The translations under genes and the position numbers were made by a program. A stretch of 63,991 nt of DNA, the filler included, from Octopus bimaculoides (taxonomy: Eukaryota), in the NCBI RefSeq assembly GCF_001194135.2. It is 4 parts of 4 records of this genome, joined end to end, with 100 filler letters (N's around TTAATTAATTAA, not from the genome) between each part and the next. Parts side by side here need not be neighbours in the genome. Positions count along the whole stretch, not along the records: positions 19,794 to 43,048 come from NC_068996.1; 3 more parts are not named here. The stretch is one strand, 5' to 3'. The notes beneath the pieces are model-generated. The model was not told where the DNA came from and made no database searches. It saw nothing but the letters and a program-made list of their open reading frames with translations. Positions 25,616-37,514 of this stretch are shown here, piece after piece (position 1 is the first letter of the stretch; every line of letters begins with the position of its first letter).

Positions 25616-25939
25616 CACTAACCACTAAGCCAGTGGACACTTAAAATATATTTTACAAAGTCAATGAGAGTTTAGAAAATTAGTGCTAACATACAGATAT
25701 TGTTATATTTTGAGATGGTCATTCGTTTTTTTCATTCCAAATAAACACGCACACTATAATATATTCATTCTCCACTCATTTATTATTGTTCTTATTTTGT
25801 CTTATGTCCATTGTCTGGAAATCTTTTGTCACACATCTGTGACCTCTTCAGTGACTCTTCCATCCATGTGAATCCTCCTGTTCTGTTTAGCTAATATACA
25901 GGTTTTTCATTAACTCTGTAACATTTTTGTTATCTGGGG

Positions 25940-26110
25940 AGCAGATAACAATGGTTGTGTGGTTAAAAGGCTTTCTTTGCAAGCACATGGTTTTGAGTTT
26001 GGTCCCATTGCATAGCAAATCAAGTAAGTGTCCTTTATAATAGGCCCAGGATGACTAAAGCCTTGCGAGTGAATTTGATAGGCAAAAACTGTATGGAAGT
26101 CTGGTGTACT
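25940..26110 (+). mobile_element. Degenerate family W SINE
   Basis: GGTTGTGTGG...CACATGGTT...TAAAGCCTTGCGAGTGAATTTG. Confidence 0.6.
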
Positions 26111-26119
26111 TCTTTCTAC

Positions 26120-26161
<42 letters not shown>

Positions 26162-26244
26162 TGATCTATCAGTCTGTTTAGCTATCTATATGTATGTGTA
26201 CATAACTATATATGTGTGTGTATGTGTGTATGTGTGTGTATATA

Positions 26245-26297
<53 letters not shown>

Positions 26298-27186
26298 NNN
26301 NNNNNNNNNNNNNNNNNNNNNNNNNNNNNNNNNNNNNNNNNNNNNNNNNNNNNNNNNNNNNNNNNNNNNNNNNNNNNNNNNNNNNNNNNNNNNNNNNNNN
26401 NNNNNNNNNNNNNNNNNNNNNNNNNNNNNNNNNNNNNNNNNNNNNNNNNNNNNNNNNNNNNNNNNNNNNNNNNNNNNNNNNNNNNNNNNNNNNNNNNNNN
26501 NNNNNNNNNNNNNNNNNNNNNNNNNNNNNNNNNNNNNNNNNNNNNNNNNNNNNNNNNNNNNNNNNNNNNNNNNNNNNNNNNNNNNNNNNNNNNNNNNNNN
26601 NNNNNNNNNNNNNNNNNNNNNNNNNNNNNNNNNNNNNNNNNNNNNNNNNNNNNNNNNNNNNNNNNNNNNNNNNNNNNNNNNNNNNNNNNNNNNNNNNNNN
26701 NNNNNNNNNNNNNNNNNNNNNNNNNNNNNNNNNNNNNNNNNNNNNNNNNNNNNNNNNNNNNNNNNNNNNNNNNNNNNNNNNNNNNNNNNNNNNNNNNNNN
26801 NNNNNNNNNNNNNNNNNNNNNNNNNNNNNNNNNNNNNNNNNNNNNNNNNNNNNNNNNNNNNNNNNNNNNNNNNNNNNNNNNNNNNNNNNNNNNNNNNNNN
26901 NNNNNNNNNNNNNNNNNNNNNNNNNNNNNNNNNNNNNNNNNNNNNNNNNNNNNNNNNNNNNNNNNNNNNNNNNNNNNNNNNNNNNNNNNNNNNNNNNNNN
27001 NNNNNNNNNNNNNNNNNNNNNNNNNNNNNNNNNNNNNNNNNNNNNNNNNNNNNNNNNNNNNNNNNNNNNNNNNNNNNNNNNNNNNNNNNNNNNNNNNNNN
27101 NNNNNNNNNNNNNNNNNNNNNNNNNNNNNNNNNNNNNNNNNNNNNNNNNNNNNNNNNNNNNNNNNNNNNNNNNNNNNNNNNNNNNN

Positions 27187-27246
<60 letters not shown>

Positions 27247-27319
27247 TATGTACAATATCTCTGTGTAGTTTATGTACTAATGTTACACAGAATAATAAGA
27301 AAAAAATTATTTTACTTAC

Positions 27320-27540
27320 TTCAGGGCATTTTCGGGTAAAATCTTTTTACTTTCAACATTTTCAATAGCCATTAATGCCGCACCAAAATTCGTTTCATAC
27401 CTATACAAGGATTCAAATCCAGTTCTTGGAATCAAAAGACCAATTTTAAAGTTTTGTCTAGATACTGTGTTATTTGTCGCAGTGGCAGAAATAGCAGAAA
27501 GTGAAGATATTGTGATACATATCAATGTTTGGTATAACAT
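27320..27540 (-). CDS. First coding exon of a receptor guanylyl cyclase / natriuretic peptide receptor-like protein (ANF_receptor ligand-binding domain N-terminus)
   Basis: ATG at 27540 encodes MLYQTLICITISSLSAISATATNNTVSRQNFKIGLLIPRTGFESLYRYETNFGAALMAIENVESKKILPENAL. This gives a hydrophobic signal peptide, an NNT sequon, a KIGLLIP beta-strand and the AALMAIENV..KKILP helix typical of periplasmic-binding-type-1 receptor ectodomains. The exon ends at a consensus donor AA|GTAAGT (phase 2). A polypyrimidine acceptor lies at about 27600/27592. Downstream exons were not found. Confidence 0.75.
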
Positions 27541-27992
27541 GATTACTTTTAGATGTTTTTAATTTGCAGTCTTGGAAATACACTGAATTAGCTGAAAAAC
27601 TAAAGGAAACTAATGCAAAACAAAAATAATCTCCATGCCACTGGATTATTTTTGGTTAAATTTTTCAATTTTCTTTCAATGAAACACTCCAAGAAAGATG
27701 ATATATGAAACATCCTAGGGAAAACTTGTTCCGTGATAATTTTTTTTCTAGTGTCAGATACATGAATTCAGTTTGGGATTCAACAACATTCTTCTCTGAT
27801 TTTTTTTTGTTTATCTTCAGAATTCTGGCATAAAAGTTGCACACCAAAAAACAAAAATGTTTGTAGAAAGGAAATGTTTATGCTTGTATAAGCTTCTTCC
27901 AGAATCTCTCTCATGTGATGGAAAGTGTCACAGGCATGATCTACAGACAGCTAGATTTTAGTGTTTGTCACAGACAAACTGAAATCACTCAC

Positions 27993-28141
27993 CCTCCCCA
28001 CTGATCAATGTTATCCTACTAGTGGGTCTGCCTTTGTACAGAGGAGTTTATACATCATTATCCTCCCTTTAAAATATTTGAATAGACAAGCGAAAATGGA
28101 AACATTTCACATATTGAATTTCGTTTGCACAGAAATGACCA
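27993..28141 (-). other. Putative non-coding (5' UTR) exon
   Basis: Long pyrimidine tract ending ttgtcttttag|, donor GAGG|GTGAGT, stops in all three frames. Lies about 390 nt upstream of the acceptor of the ATG exon. Confidence 0.4.
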
Positions 28142-28401
28142 CTAAAAGACAAAAACAGCTCAAACACAAAGACAACTTTGTCGGACAAAGAATCGTGATA
28201 TCAAGGAAGAAGAAAGAAGAAAATGGGAGAAAGAAAAAGGAAAGAACAAGAATATTTAAAGAAACATTCAGTAATTGATAGAACATGTATGTATGCCATT
28301 GTCCTTGACAACCTGAAAGCTAAAGATGTCTTTTATTATTGATACTTAAGAAAAATTCGTTTTAACTTGTTTCTAATGTTTTGCATATATTTTTTCCTCT
28401 C

Positions 28402-28413
28402 CCTTCTTCTTCT

Positions 28414-28454
<41 letters not shown>

Positions 28455-28512
28455 TTCTTCTTCTTCTTCTTCTTCTTCTTCTTCTTCTTCTTCTTCTTCT
28501 TCTTCTTCTTCC
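28402..28512. repeat. (TCT)n microsatellite
   Basis: Direct reading. Confidence 0.95.
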
Positions 28513-28779
28513 CCTCGCCCCTACTTCCATTCTAACAAAAATTGGCCTATTCTACATGTATTGAGATGTTTCTATGACAGTTTGGTGCAAAACTTTTATA
28601 GTTCCATCTCTTCTTTGGTAAACCAATTAAAACCATAAAGCCAGGATTCCTATTTTCAGTAGAAGTCAACTGAGCCAAAGTAAATCAGTAAGTAAAGTGC
28701 ATGCTTCCACCGTAGGAAATAATGGAAAAAATAAGAGTGCTAAACAAATGAAGTTAGGGCCAGTTCACCTTAAATGATG

Positions 28780-28956
28780 ATGGCAATGATGATGGTGATG
28801 ACAATGGAGATGATGGTTATGATGATTATCATCATCATCAACATCACGAAGAGGAGGAGGAAGAGGAGGGGGAGGAGATGGTGGTGATGGTGGTAGTGAT
28901 GGAGATGGCTATGATGATGATGATGATGTTGGTGTTGATGATGATGATAATGGTGT

Positions 28957-28987
<31 letters not shown>

Positions 28988-29424
28988 GATGCTGTTGATG
29001 ACAATGACAATGACAACGACGACAATGATGACGACAACGATGATGATGATCATCATCATCATCAGGAGAAGAAAGAGAAAGATGGTGGGGATGGGGATGG
29101 CAGTGGGGTGGGGTAGCAGTGATGGTGACAATGATGATAATGATGATGATGATGATGCTGATGCTGATGGTGATGCTGCTGCTACTACTGATGATGATGG
29201 TGGTGGTTGTGGTGTTGATGATAATGGTGATGAAGATGATAATGACAATGTCAACGAGGATGCTGATGATTATGATGATGATGATGATTATGATGATAAT
29301 GATGACAAGGATGATAATGCTAATGATAATGACAACAACAATGATGACAACGATGATGATAACAATGATGATGGTGATGAAATGACAACATTGTTGTCAT
29401 CAGTAGAGTCAGCAATGTCATCGC

Positions 29425-29455
<31 letters not shown>

Positions 29456-29485
29456 GTCGTCGTCGTCGTCATCAGCAGCAGCACT
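28780..29485. repeat. Cryptic (GAT/GAC/CAT)n trinucleotide tract
   Basis: Direct reading. Confidence 0.9.
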
Positions 29486-29859
29486 GCCAGAATTGTGGTC
29501 ATCGTTGTTTAAGCATCCCCCTGTCAATTGCTAGAATAGTTCAGAAAGATCTGTCATATCTTATCATCATTTCATTCCAGTCTTATAATCATCTCTTCTA
29601 CGAAGTCCAACATCCTGAGAATTATTCCATCACTTCTTCCTTTGTCCTCCTTGGTTTTCTTCTATCATTGTTATTTGTTGTCAGCATTCATCACATTCTC
29701 ACCTGGCATTCACATCCCCTATTTTTAAAAAATACTTCTAATTCTGAGCCAATGAGATATACCCAGGCTAACAAGGGAAAATTTTTTTAAGTAGCTGACA
29801 CACCTGTTAGAAATAACAACCAAATCTACCTTAAATCATACACAGCTATGGTTTCAAAA

Positions 29860-30310
29860 TGGTTTCAAATTTTTGCACTGGGCCAGCAGTTTTTGAGTGA
29901 AGGAAATTAGTTGATTACATCAACCACAATACTTGATTGGTACTTATTTCATCAATCCACAAAAGGATGAAAGGCAAAGTTGCCCTCAGCATAATTTGAA
30001 CTTAGAATGTAAAGACAGGTAAAATGCCACCAAGCATTTTGTCCAGTGTTCTAACAGTTTTGCCAGCTAGCCATGTTACCACTATGTTAAATAATTCTTT
30101 CTATTAAAGGCACAAGGCCTGAAATTTTGGTGGAGAGACTAGTTGACTATACCAACCCCAGTATTTAATTGGTACTTATTGCTGCATCAACCCTGAAAGG
30201 ATGAAAAGCAAAAGTCGACCTCGGTGGAATTTGAACTCAGAATGTAAAGACAGATGAAATACCACTAAGCATTTTGCCAGGCATAGTAACAGTTCTGCCA
30301 GCTCACTGTC
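29860..30310 (-). mobile_element. Two tandem family Z SINE copies
   Basis: Two GATGAAAG(G/C)CAAAG...GAATTTGAACT.AGAATGTAAAGACAG blocks. Confidence 0.8.
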
Positions 30311-30657
30311 TTATTGCTGTGTTAAGTAAGGAAAAGACACATGGAATAATACAGTCCTGCATAGAACTCCTAGAAATAAAAGAAAAAAATAATGAGAATG
30401 TCACAGTTGGAACGCCTTTAGTTATAGATCATCAGCTCCATGAGATTTGACAAAGAGCTGATCAACAACAACAACGACAACAAAGAAATAAACAAAAAAT
30501 AAATAACAACAGCAGCAACATTCATGCTAATCGAATCCTGAATATTCTAAAGACAAAATCTGTCATTCACTCATGGTTCCATCTATATTTTACTTACCAT
30601 CAAGGAATTTTTTCATGAATATCAAATTTTTTTTTTTTTTGCAATAAATATACTTAC

Positions 30658-30817
30658 CTTGAAGACTTGAGATGTACCAGGATGCACCATTCTTTTTCAT
30701 ATCATTTGTTTCTTTGGCTTTGGATTGGTTTCTATGTTTATGGTATTGCTTTATATTGAAGAATTCAAGAAGTACAATGTCTGTAAGCTTTAGGTCATGG
30801 CTTCCAAGATTATTATA
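30658..30817 (-). other. Putative exon (UTR or coding of an unknown gene)
   Basis: Perfect donor AAG|GTAAGTA at 30658/30657 with a weak acceptor ttgtag. One frame is open for 53 codons (YNNLGSHDLKLTDIVLLEFF...GASWYISSLQ), with no family recognised. Confidence 0.35.
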
Positions 30818-30954
30818 CTACAACCATAGCATATCACTGAAGTTTTTATCTTGATGCCAGTCAATGTATTAACCAATAATCAGATGTTAGGAATTAATCA
30901 TGCTAAGTATCAAAGTTTCATATTCTTATCACAGACAAGCATTAAAATACTCAC

Positions 30955-31023
30955 ACCATAACTGATAATTCTTATACCTTTTTGGTAAGCTGCTTATTGC
31001 ATGTAATCTTTTTCTCAAACTAC
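30955..31023 (-). other. Putative 69-nt exon
   Basis: tttttcag| acceptor and |GTGAGTA donor. The single open frame (SLRKRLHAISSLPKRYKNYQLW) is phase 1-1 and incompatible with the next candidate exon. Confidence 0.3.
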
Positions 31024-31211
31024 CTGAAAAATTATCAAATGGCTGCATTACTGTGATAATACTCAAATAAACCCAAACTTCACCTAAAAAGTGATCTCTT
31101 AAAATCTCCCATCAGACTAGCATCATTTCTTTTCTTTCTTTTTCTCATTTTATTTTGTGTGTGTATCTGTCTCTCTACATATGTGTATGTTGCATGTGTA
31201 CATATGTGTAT

Positions 31212-31242
<31 letters not shown>

Positions 31243-32169
31243 TTGTGTATGTGTATGCATACATTTGTTTGACTGCAAAATATTGGTAATTCTATATAAA
31301 TTATGGAAATGTAATGACTCAAGGAAATATAAGTCTAAGGATTGTCCGTATTAGACTGCCTAGAATTTTTAAATAACCATTTGAATTATTCTTTAAGTAA
31401 AGGCATTCCAGTACTACTTTTATGTCTAGTCAAGAATCAAGAGCAATAAGATATTTAATCCCAACTCCTGCATAGTCATCATATTATAAAATTCTTGATC
31501 ATTCCAGGAAATAAATGGAATAAAACTCCAAGCATTTAATCAGTGCAATAGTGGAGTTATTTATTTTCTGTCTGTATTTTGAGATGAGCTCTTATATTTT
31601 GGGCTTCAAACAAGTTTTTCTTTTTTTAATTTTAAAATAAAAGACAAGACTTAGATAGAGGAGATTTGGTTGCCATTCTGCTAGTACTGTTATGCAAATG
31701 GTCACTATTTGATTACAGGTAAGTTCTACCATCAATTCATCACAAGGAAAATTAATCGTGAAGAAAGTTCACCACAAGGAAGGTTTACTGAGAAAATATA
31801 TCCATAGTATCTCACATTTAATAGTTGAAAACTATTTTATTGAAAAAAAACCGTGAACTTTCCCTGTGGTGGATTGAAGATGGTAAATTTTCCCTGCGGT
31901 GAATCAATGACCGTGAACTTACCTGACATGCACTATTTTTGTGTAACACTGCACTCATCCAGTTACTGCAAACTGCTTTATTATCATCGTACTTTATCTC
32001 TCTTTTCAGCTTCTCCCATCCACTCTTGTATTATGCAGTGTAGCCATGTATCTCCTCTACAGCAAAACACTTATTTCTGTCCTGCTGTCACACTTAAACC
32101 TCTCAACACCTGGAATAAAGCCACCTCCATTTTTACGGCACTCCCATTCAGTCAAAGGGGAGTTTTAGT

Positions 32170-32384
32170 TTTGTGAGTTGCATGGCGACCTAACTAGCGC
32201 TGATGACATGAAGAAAGCACCAAGGAAACTTCATAATGCAGTTTGCATTAGGAAGGGCATTCAACCATAGAAACCATACCAAAGCAGATACTGGAGCATG
32301 ATGCAGTCCCTCAACTTATTAGATGCTGTCAAACTGTCCAATCCTTGATAGGATGGAAGATGGATATTGAATTAATATTGGTGG

Positions 32385-32385
<1 letters not shown>
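32170..32385 (+). mobile_element. Retroposon 3' end running into (GAT)n
   Basis: TTAGGAAGGGCATTCAACCATAGAAACCATACCAAA...GTCAAACTGTCCAATCC...GAT tail, resembling an RTE-type 3' tail. Confidence 0.5.
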
Positions 32386-32453
<68 letters not shown>

Positions 32454-32454
32454 C

Positions 32455-32494
<40 letters not shown>

Positions 32495-32690
32495 GTGATG
32501 ACAATGATGATGACAATTACAACAATGGCAGCTATGATGACAATGCCAATGATGATAATGATGATGATGATGACGACGACAGTCAAACTGCAAATGATGA
32601 TGATGATGACGATGACGATGATGATGATCACAACAATGACAATGATGATGATGACGACGATGAAATGATGATGATGATGATGAAGATGAT
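32385..32690. repeat. (GAT)n microsatellite tract
   Basis: Direct reading. Confidence 0.95.
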
Positions 32691-33259
32691 AACACTTTCA
32701 ATCAAACTGAAAATCATTTACATAATTCTATTAAAAATGGCCTGCCTCATTTTTTTGTTTTTTCTTTTCAGCAATGGCAAAAGCTTGTATTTCATATTTA
32801 TGAGGCTCTTCACTTCCACAATATGTAATCTCCAATTATTTGACAGTGTTGACAAAAAGTATCTTGTCATTATCCTTACCCCACGATCACTCCACAATAT
32901 ACTACACCTTGGAAAGACCATCTGGACAGGTGAGACCCACAACCTGTTTGCATGGTACCAGTGGAAGACTCTGTAAGGGTTATCAGTTTTTGCAGTCTTT
33001 GATACTATATTCCCAAACTAGCAACAATATCCCAGAACATTAATATAACAGTATCCTAAAAACTCTAGCTCTTTCACTTGGTATAACAGAAAAAAAACAA
33101 AAATTTCTCTGCAACATCAATATCTTCATTATCCCCATCCATTATGCAGGGATGCATTTAGAGAGGGAATAGTGAGAAGTGCAGAGGAATAACATCTATC
33201 ATGATTTGATGATCAAGTATACTTTGCAAAAAACATTGAGAAATGTAGTTGTAGGTATA

Positions 33260-33811
33260 TCTATAATAATAAAAGTGAAATTCTGTCTGTCCGTCTGGGA
33301 CCTCTGTATTTCAGCCTACATTTGCTCTACATAGATATATTATATCTTTTTGGAATCAGATTGATCCTGGGATTCAAAATCTGCCCTTCATTTGGGTCTT
33401 GAACATCCAGCATTGAAATCTGATTCAAAAGCATTTGGGTTGTTATTTCTAGCAGGTAAGGCATGGTTGATTCATGCCATCTTGGTAGGCATTTGTCAGA
33501 TGATGTCAGAGATCAAAGGAGAGATAAATGATATTTGCTTCATTAATTTTACATTGGGATAAGAACTTTGGGACAAATTGACCAACAGTTGGAATTCAAC
33601 TTGGAACTGGAACAATAGAATGATTGCATTACAGAATTAATTCTCATCCATCCTTAAGCTCTGATCAAACACCACCAGGGCATATATATAGTCATTACAC
33701 ATGTATTATAGTCATGCTATTTATCCCTCTTTAGTTTTGGGCTGCAGACCCAATTAGCCCTCCCTAGGAGCTAGTTTAAAAGTCTGCACAGAGTGCAGAC
33801 TTTTAAACTAG
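33260..33811 (+). mobile_element. Non-autonomous Helitron-like element
   Basis: A|TCTATAATAATAAAAG... start with (CTGT)-like repeats; ends in a perfect 19-bp hairpin finishing CTAG|T; no TSD. Confidence 0.65.
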
Positions 33812-33859
33812 TGTCTAATAAATATATGTGTGATGCGTGATGTGTGATTAAAGGACTGG

Positions 33860-33990
33860 GATCATGATTGTTAGACTAAGGGTTCAATTCTAGGACATGG
33901 TGGTGTGGTGCATTGTTCAGCAAAGCATTTCACTTCACATTGCTCTGACACAATGGTATTGTCACAATCAGCTATAGGTCTGCTAGATCA
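33860..33990 (+). mobile_element. Degenerate CORE-like SINE fragment
   Basis: GGGTTCAATTCT B box followed by TTCAGCAAAGCATTTCACTTCACATTGCTC. Confidence 0.5.
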
Positions 33991-34048
33991 AGATTGCCCT
34001 TGGACTGAGAAACAACATCAGTACTATAGCAAGGGAGCTAAGCAACAA

Positions 34049-34080
<32 letters not shown>

Positions 34081-34222
34081 TCAGCAGCAGCAGCAGCAGC
34101 ATTACAATCACCACCATCAACAACAACATCGCTGCAAACCCAATGAGAATGTCTCTATGTTGTCACATGATCTGCCAGAGATAGCAGATAAGTCTTTCAC
34201 ATGTTTTTCACATCCCAGCAGC

Positions 34223-34450
34223 TTAACTCTTTAGCATTTAAACTGGCTATATTTGGCTCAAATATTCTGCCTGTTTTATGTTCAAACTAGCCAGATCCAC
34301 CCTCTCGCACCTACCCCACAATGTCACTCTATAAACAAACAATCACATCTTTGAAATCTCAAAGCTGTGAGATAATACTGGATTAATTTTATAAAATGTA
34401 ATGATATAAGTAATACATTTGACAAAGTAATTCGAATGCTAAAGAGTTAA
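34223..34450. mobile_element. piggyBac-type MITE (same family as 24832)
   Basis: TTAACTCTTTAGCATT...AATGCTAAAGAGTTAA, with interior homologous to the 24832 copy. Confidence 0.85.
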
Positions 34451-35799
34451 AACAAGACTTATTGGCTAATATAGTCCAAGATAGACTATGTCTGAGAAAA
34501 TGGGCCGGTTATCATTGGAATGCCTTTAATCATATTTTCAGGGTTAACTAGGCACTAAACAGCAACAATAAAAATAGTACAAGCAATATCATCAACCCCA
34601 CCACAACCATTATCTTCAACAAGACCATCCCCGCAAGCATCGTTATAACTCCCCTTACCACAACTATCATGACCACAATCTCCATCAACATCATAATCAA
34701 CAGGGCCACCCCTATACTAACCAAGATCCTCAACATAATCATTTGACATACAAGAAATAGCAGCCTAATTTCACTCAAATCACAATCCAAATATAAAAGT
34801 GCTTACTGGTAAAGCACGGTCACTTTCAGAGTGATCGTTAGGTATATAACAAATGAAAGACAGAAGCTAGAATATACAAGAATTTATCTCCAGTTTCCAG
34901 GAGCATCACACCAGAATTTTTATCTGGGTTTCCAAGGTGTCTAGGTGGGAAGTACAAAACTCACTCTTAAAAGGGATACCAATCTATTACAGGTTTAATC
35001 ACCTAATGTCATACATTTTCATATGAGTGTGTTGGAACAGTGTGAAATGGAGTGCTTTGCTGAACAATCACCATGTCCAAAAATTGAACCCATAATCTAA
35101 GAATCATGATCATTAATCACTAGGCCACACATCTTCACAAATCACACCCAGCCATCTTAGAAATGTACATGTTGGATAACATGGCCCGGAGTTCTGTGTA
35201 AGTAGTAAAAAGATGCAGAAGTCACATTTAGAATATATTTGATCATAGCTCTGCTCGTCCAGCTGAGCTGACCAGGGGTTAAACAACAACAAAGTACCAT
35301 CATGGCCATCAAATCGCAACCACACAATAAATTCATTGTGTGGTAGTGACTTGTTTCATGTCCATTTGGAGCAAAATAATATATGATATGCTGCACAAAA
35401 CTGAGGCCTTTCCCAAGAGATGGAATATAAAATTACAGAAAGACGAAGCCTTTCTCTTTATAGAGTGGAAAACAAAGGAACATTATATGATTCAATTTGC
35501 GTGCAGGAACATGCAAATATGTCTTCGTTTCTTTGATTCATCGTGTTCTCCAACCTGCTTCAGAAATTTTGCTTTGAAATGAAAAAGCAAAAATAAGAAA
35601 ATGATAAACAAAATAAAAAGAAGTAGATAAAATTGATATGATTTATAAAAGCAGAGGACAAAAACGAAGAATCGAGTTAGAAAGCGATCTGTTCGAAAGA
35701 ATATGGCTTTTAGGAAAAGAAAGAAAAAGATAGGTGTATGTGTGTGTGTGTGTGTGTGTGAGTGCATTACATATACAATATTTAATCAATAAATACATG

Positions 35800-35800
35800 T

Positions 35801-35873
<73 letters not shown>

Positions 35874-35878
35874 CAGAC

Positions 35879-35945
<67 letters not shown>
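35800..35945. repeat. (ATAG)n microsatellite
   Basis: Direct reading. Confidence 0.95.
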
Positions 35946-36327
35946 AATACAGATATATACATATGTCCATATACTCATACATGTATATGTGCATGTGTGT
36001 GTGTGTGTGTATATATATATGTATATATATATATATGTTTCTATGCATACATAGATGTATTTATATTTATATATAGACGAGGATAAAGGGAGGGGAGATG
36101 GGAAGATGGAGAGAGGGAGGGGAGGGGAGAAAGAGAGGTGGAGAGTGAGAGAGAGAGAGAGAGATTAAAATGTGTTGATTATTAAAAGCAAAAGCAACAA
36201 GAATGAATATTTTTGTTATTTAATGAAAGTCAACATTTACAGTACGATCATATTGTTTCATATAAATACTTCATATACCTATATGGATATGCTTCATATG
36301 TTTGAGAGTGTGTATTGGGTGCCTCTT

Positions 36328-36478
<151 letters not shown>

Positions 36479-36695
36479 TTATGCATGTATCTATGAATCA
36501 ATGTATATTTGTATATACACACATATGCATACATACAGAATAAATATTCTTTTCAGATAAGTAGAAAAGAAGATTTATTTACATTAACAAGGTTTCATAA
36601 TCTTATAATTTTCAAAAATAGTGCAAGATGGAGGAATACATACTTATGCCATCTCTCTCTATATATATTTATATGTGCGTGTGTATACATACATT

Positions 36696-37000
36696 GTGGA
36701 GGCGCAATGGCCCAGTGGTTAGGGCAGCAGACTTGCAGTCGGAGGATCGCTGTTTCGATTCTCAGACCAGGCATTGTGTGTGTTTATTGAGTGAAAACAC
36801 TTAAAAACTCTACGAGGTTCCAGCAGGGGGTGGTGGTGACCCCTGTTATACTCTTTCACCCCAACTCTTTCTTCCTGTTTCTTGAGTAACGCTGCGATGG
36901 ACTGGCATCCCATCCAGCTGGGGGGGAACACATATGCCATAGAAACCGGGGAACCGGGCCCATGAGCCTGGCTAGGCTTGAAAAGGGTGCATAAATAAAA
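36696..37000 (+). mobile_element. SINE (head X + tail Q)
   Basis: The 5' part matches the 2586 family up to TTCCTGTTTCT, then switches to GCTGCGATGGACTGG...GAGCCTGGCTAGGCTT of the 6891 family. Confidence 0.9.
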
Positions 37001-37143
37001 GAATATATATATACATTAATGGATAATAAAACAAATGGTTTATACCTGGTAGCTTACTGGTAAAGCATGGTCACTTTCAGAGTGATTGTTAGGTAAATAA
37101 CAACTGAAATACAGAAGATGAAATATACAAGAATTTATTATTA

Positions 37144-37247
37144 ATCACAACAATTGTTTCAATACATCTAGCATCTATTCCTCTTGTGGGACGTTCAACA
37201 ACTGGTTCAGGAGCATCAGGTGGCGCAGACGTATCTCATCAGGTGAT
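37144..37247 (-). ncRNA. Type I hammerhead ribozyme, intact core
   Basis: ATCAC-CTGATGA-GATACGTCT-[57 nt]-AGATGTATT-GAAAC-AATT-GTT|GTGAT: 5-bp stem I, 9-bp stem II (two G.U), palindromic stem III, GUU cleavage triplet. Confidence 0.75.
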
Positions 37248-37514
37248 AGATAAATAAATAAAAACCACTCATTAAAATGACTGTTCCACAATGTTTTGTA
37301 GAGAGAAAAAAAACAATCAGATGGAGGTAAAGTCTTCATATATATAGAAGATGAAAAATAAAATTGCAGAAGACTAAAAGAAAAATGAACATGTAATCCA
37401 GTGAGAAAAGTATTGAAAATAACCGTTAACAGATATGGATGTATACATGCCCTCGGGCAAGCTGTATGGCACAAGTACACACACTCATACAAGCATCAGC
37501 AAAAATGTGAGCAA

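Noticed and set aside
28596-28649. Possible terminal exon ESWLYGFNWFTKEEMEL* (minus)
   Set aside because: Weak purine-rich acceptor, phase mismatch with the upstream candidate exon, and no family recognised.
32718-32980. Minus-strand ORF and alternative frames
   Set aside because: Protein-like stretches appear in different frames with stops, and none could be assigned. Kept only as a possible donor site.
35113-35396. Two overlapping 70-79 aa minus ORFs
   Set aside because: They include a fragment of a small repeat (CCCCTGGTCAG...GAGCAGAGCTATGATCAAA) with relatives near 30400 and 34500; probably non-coding.
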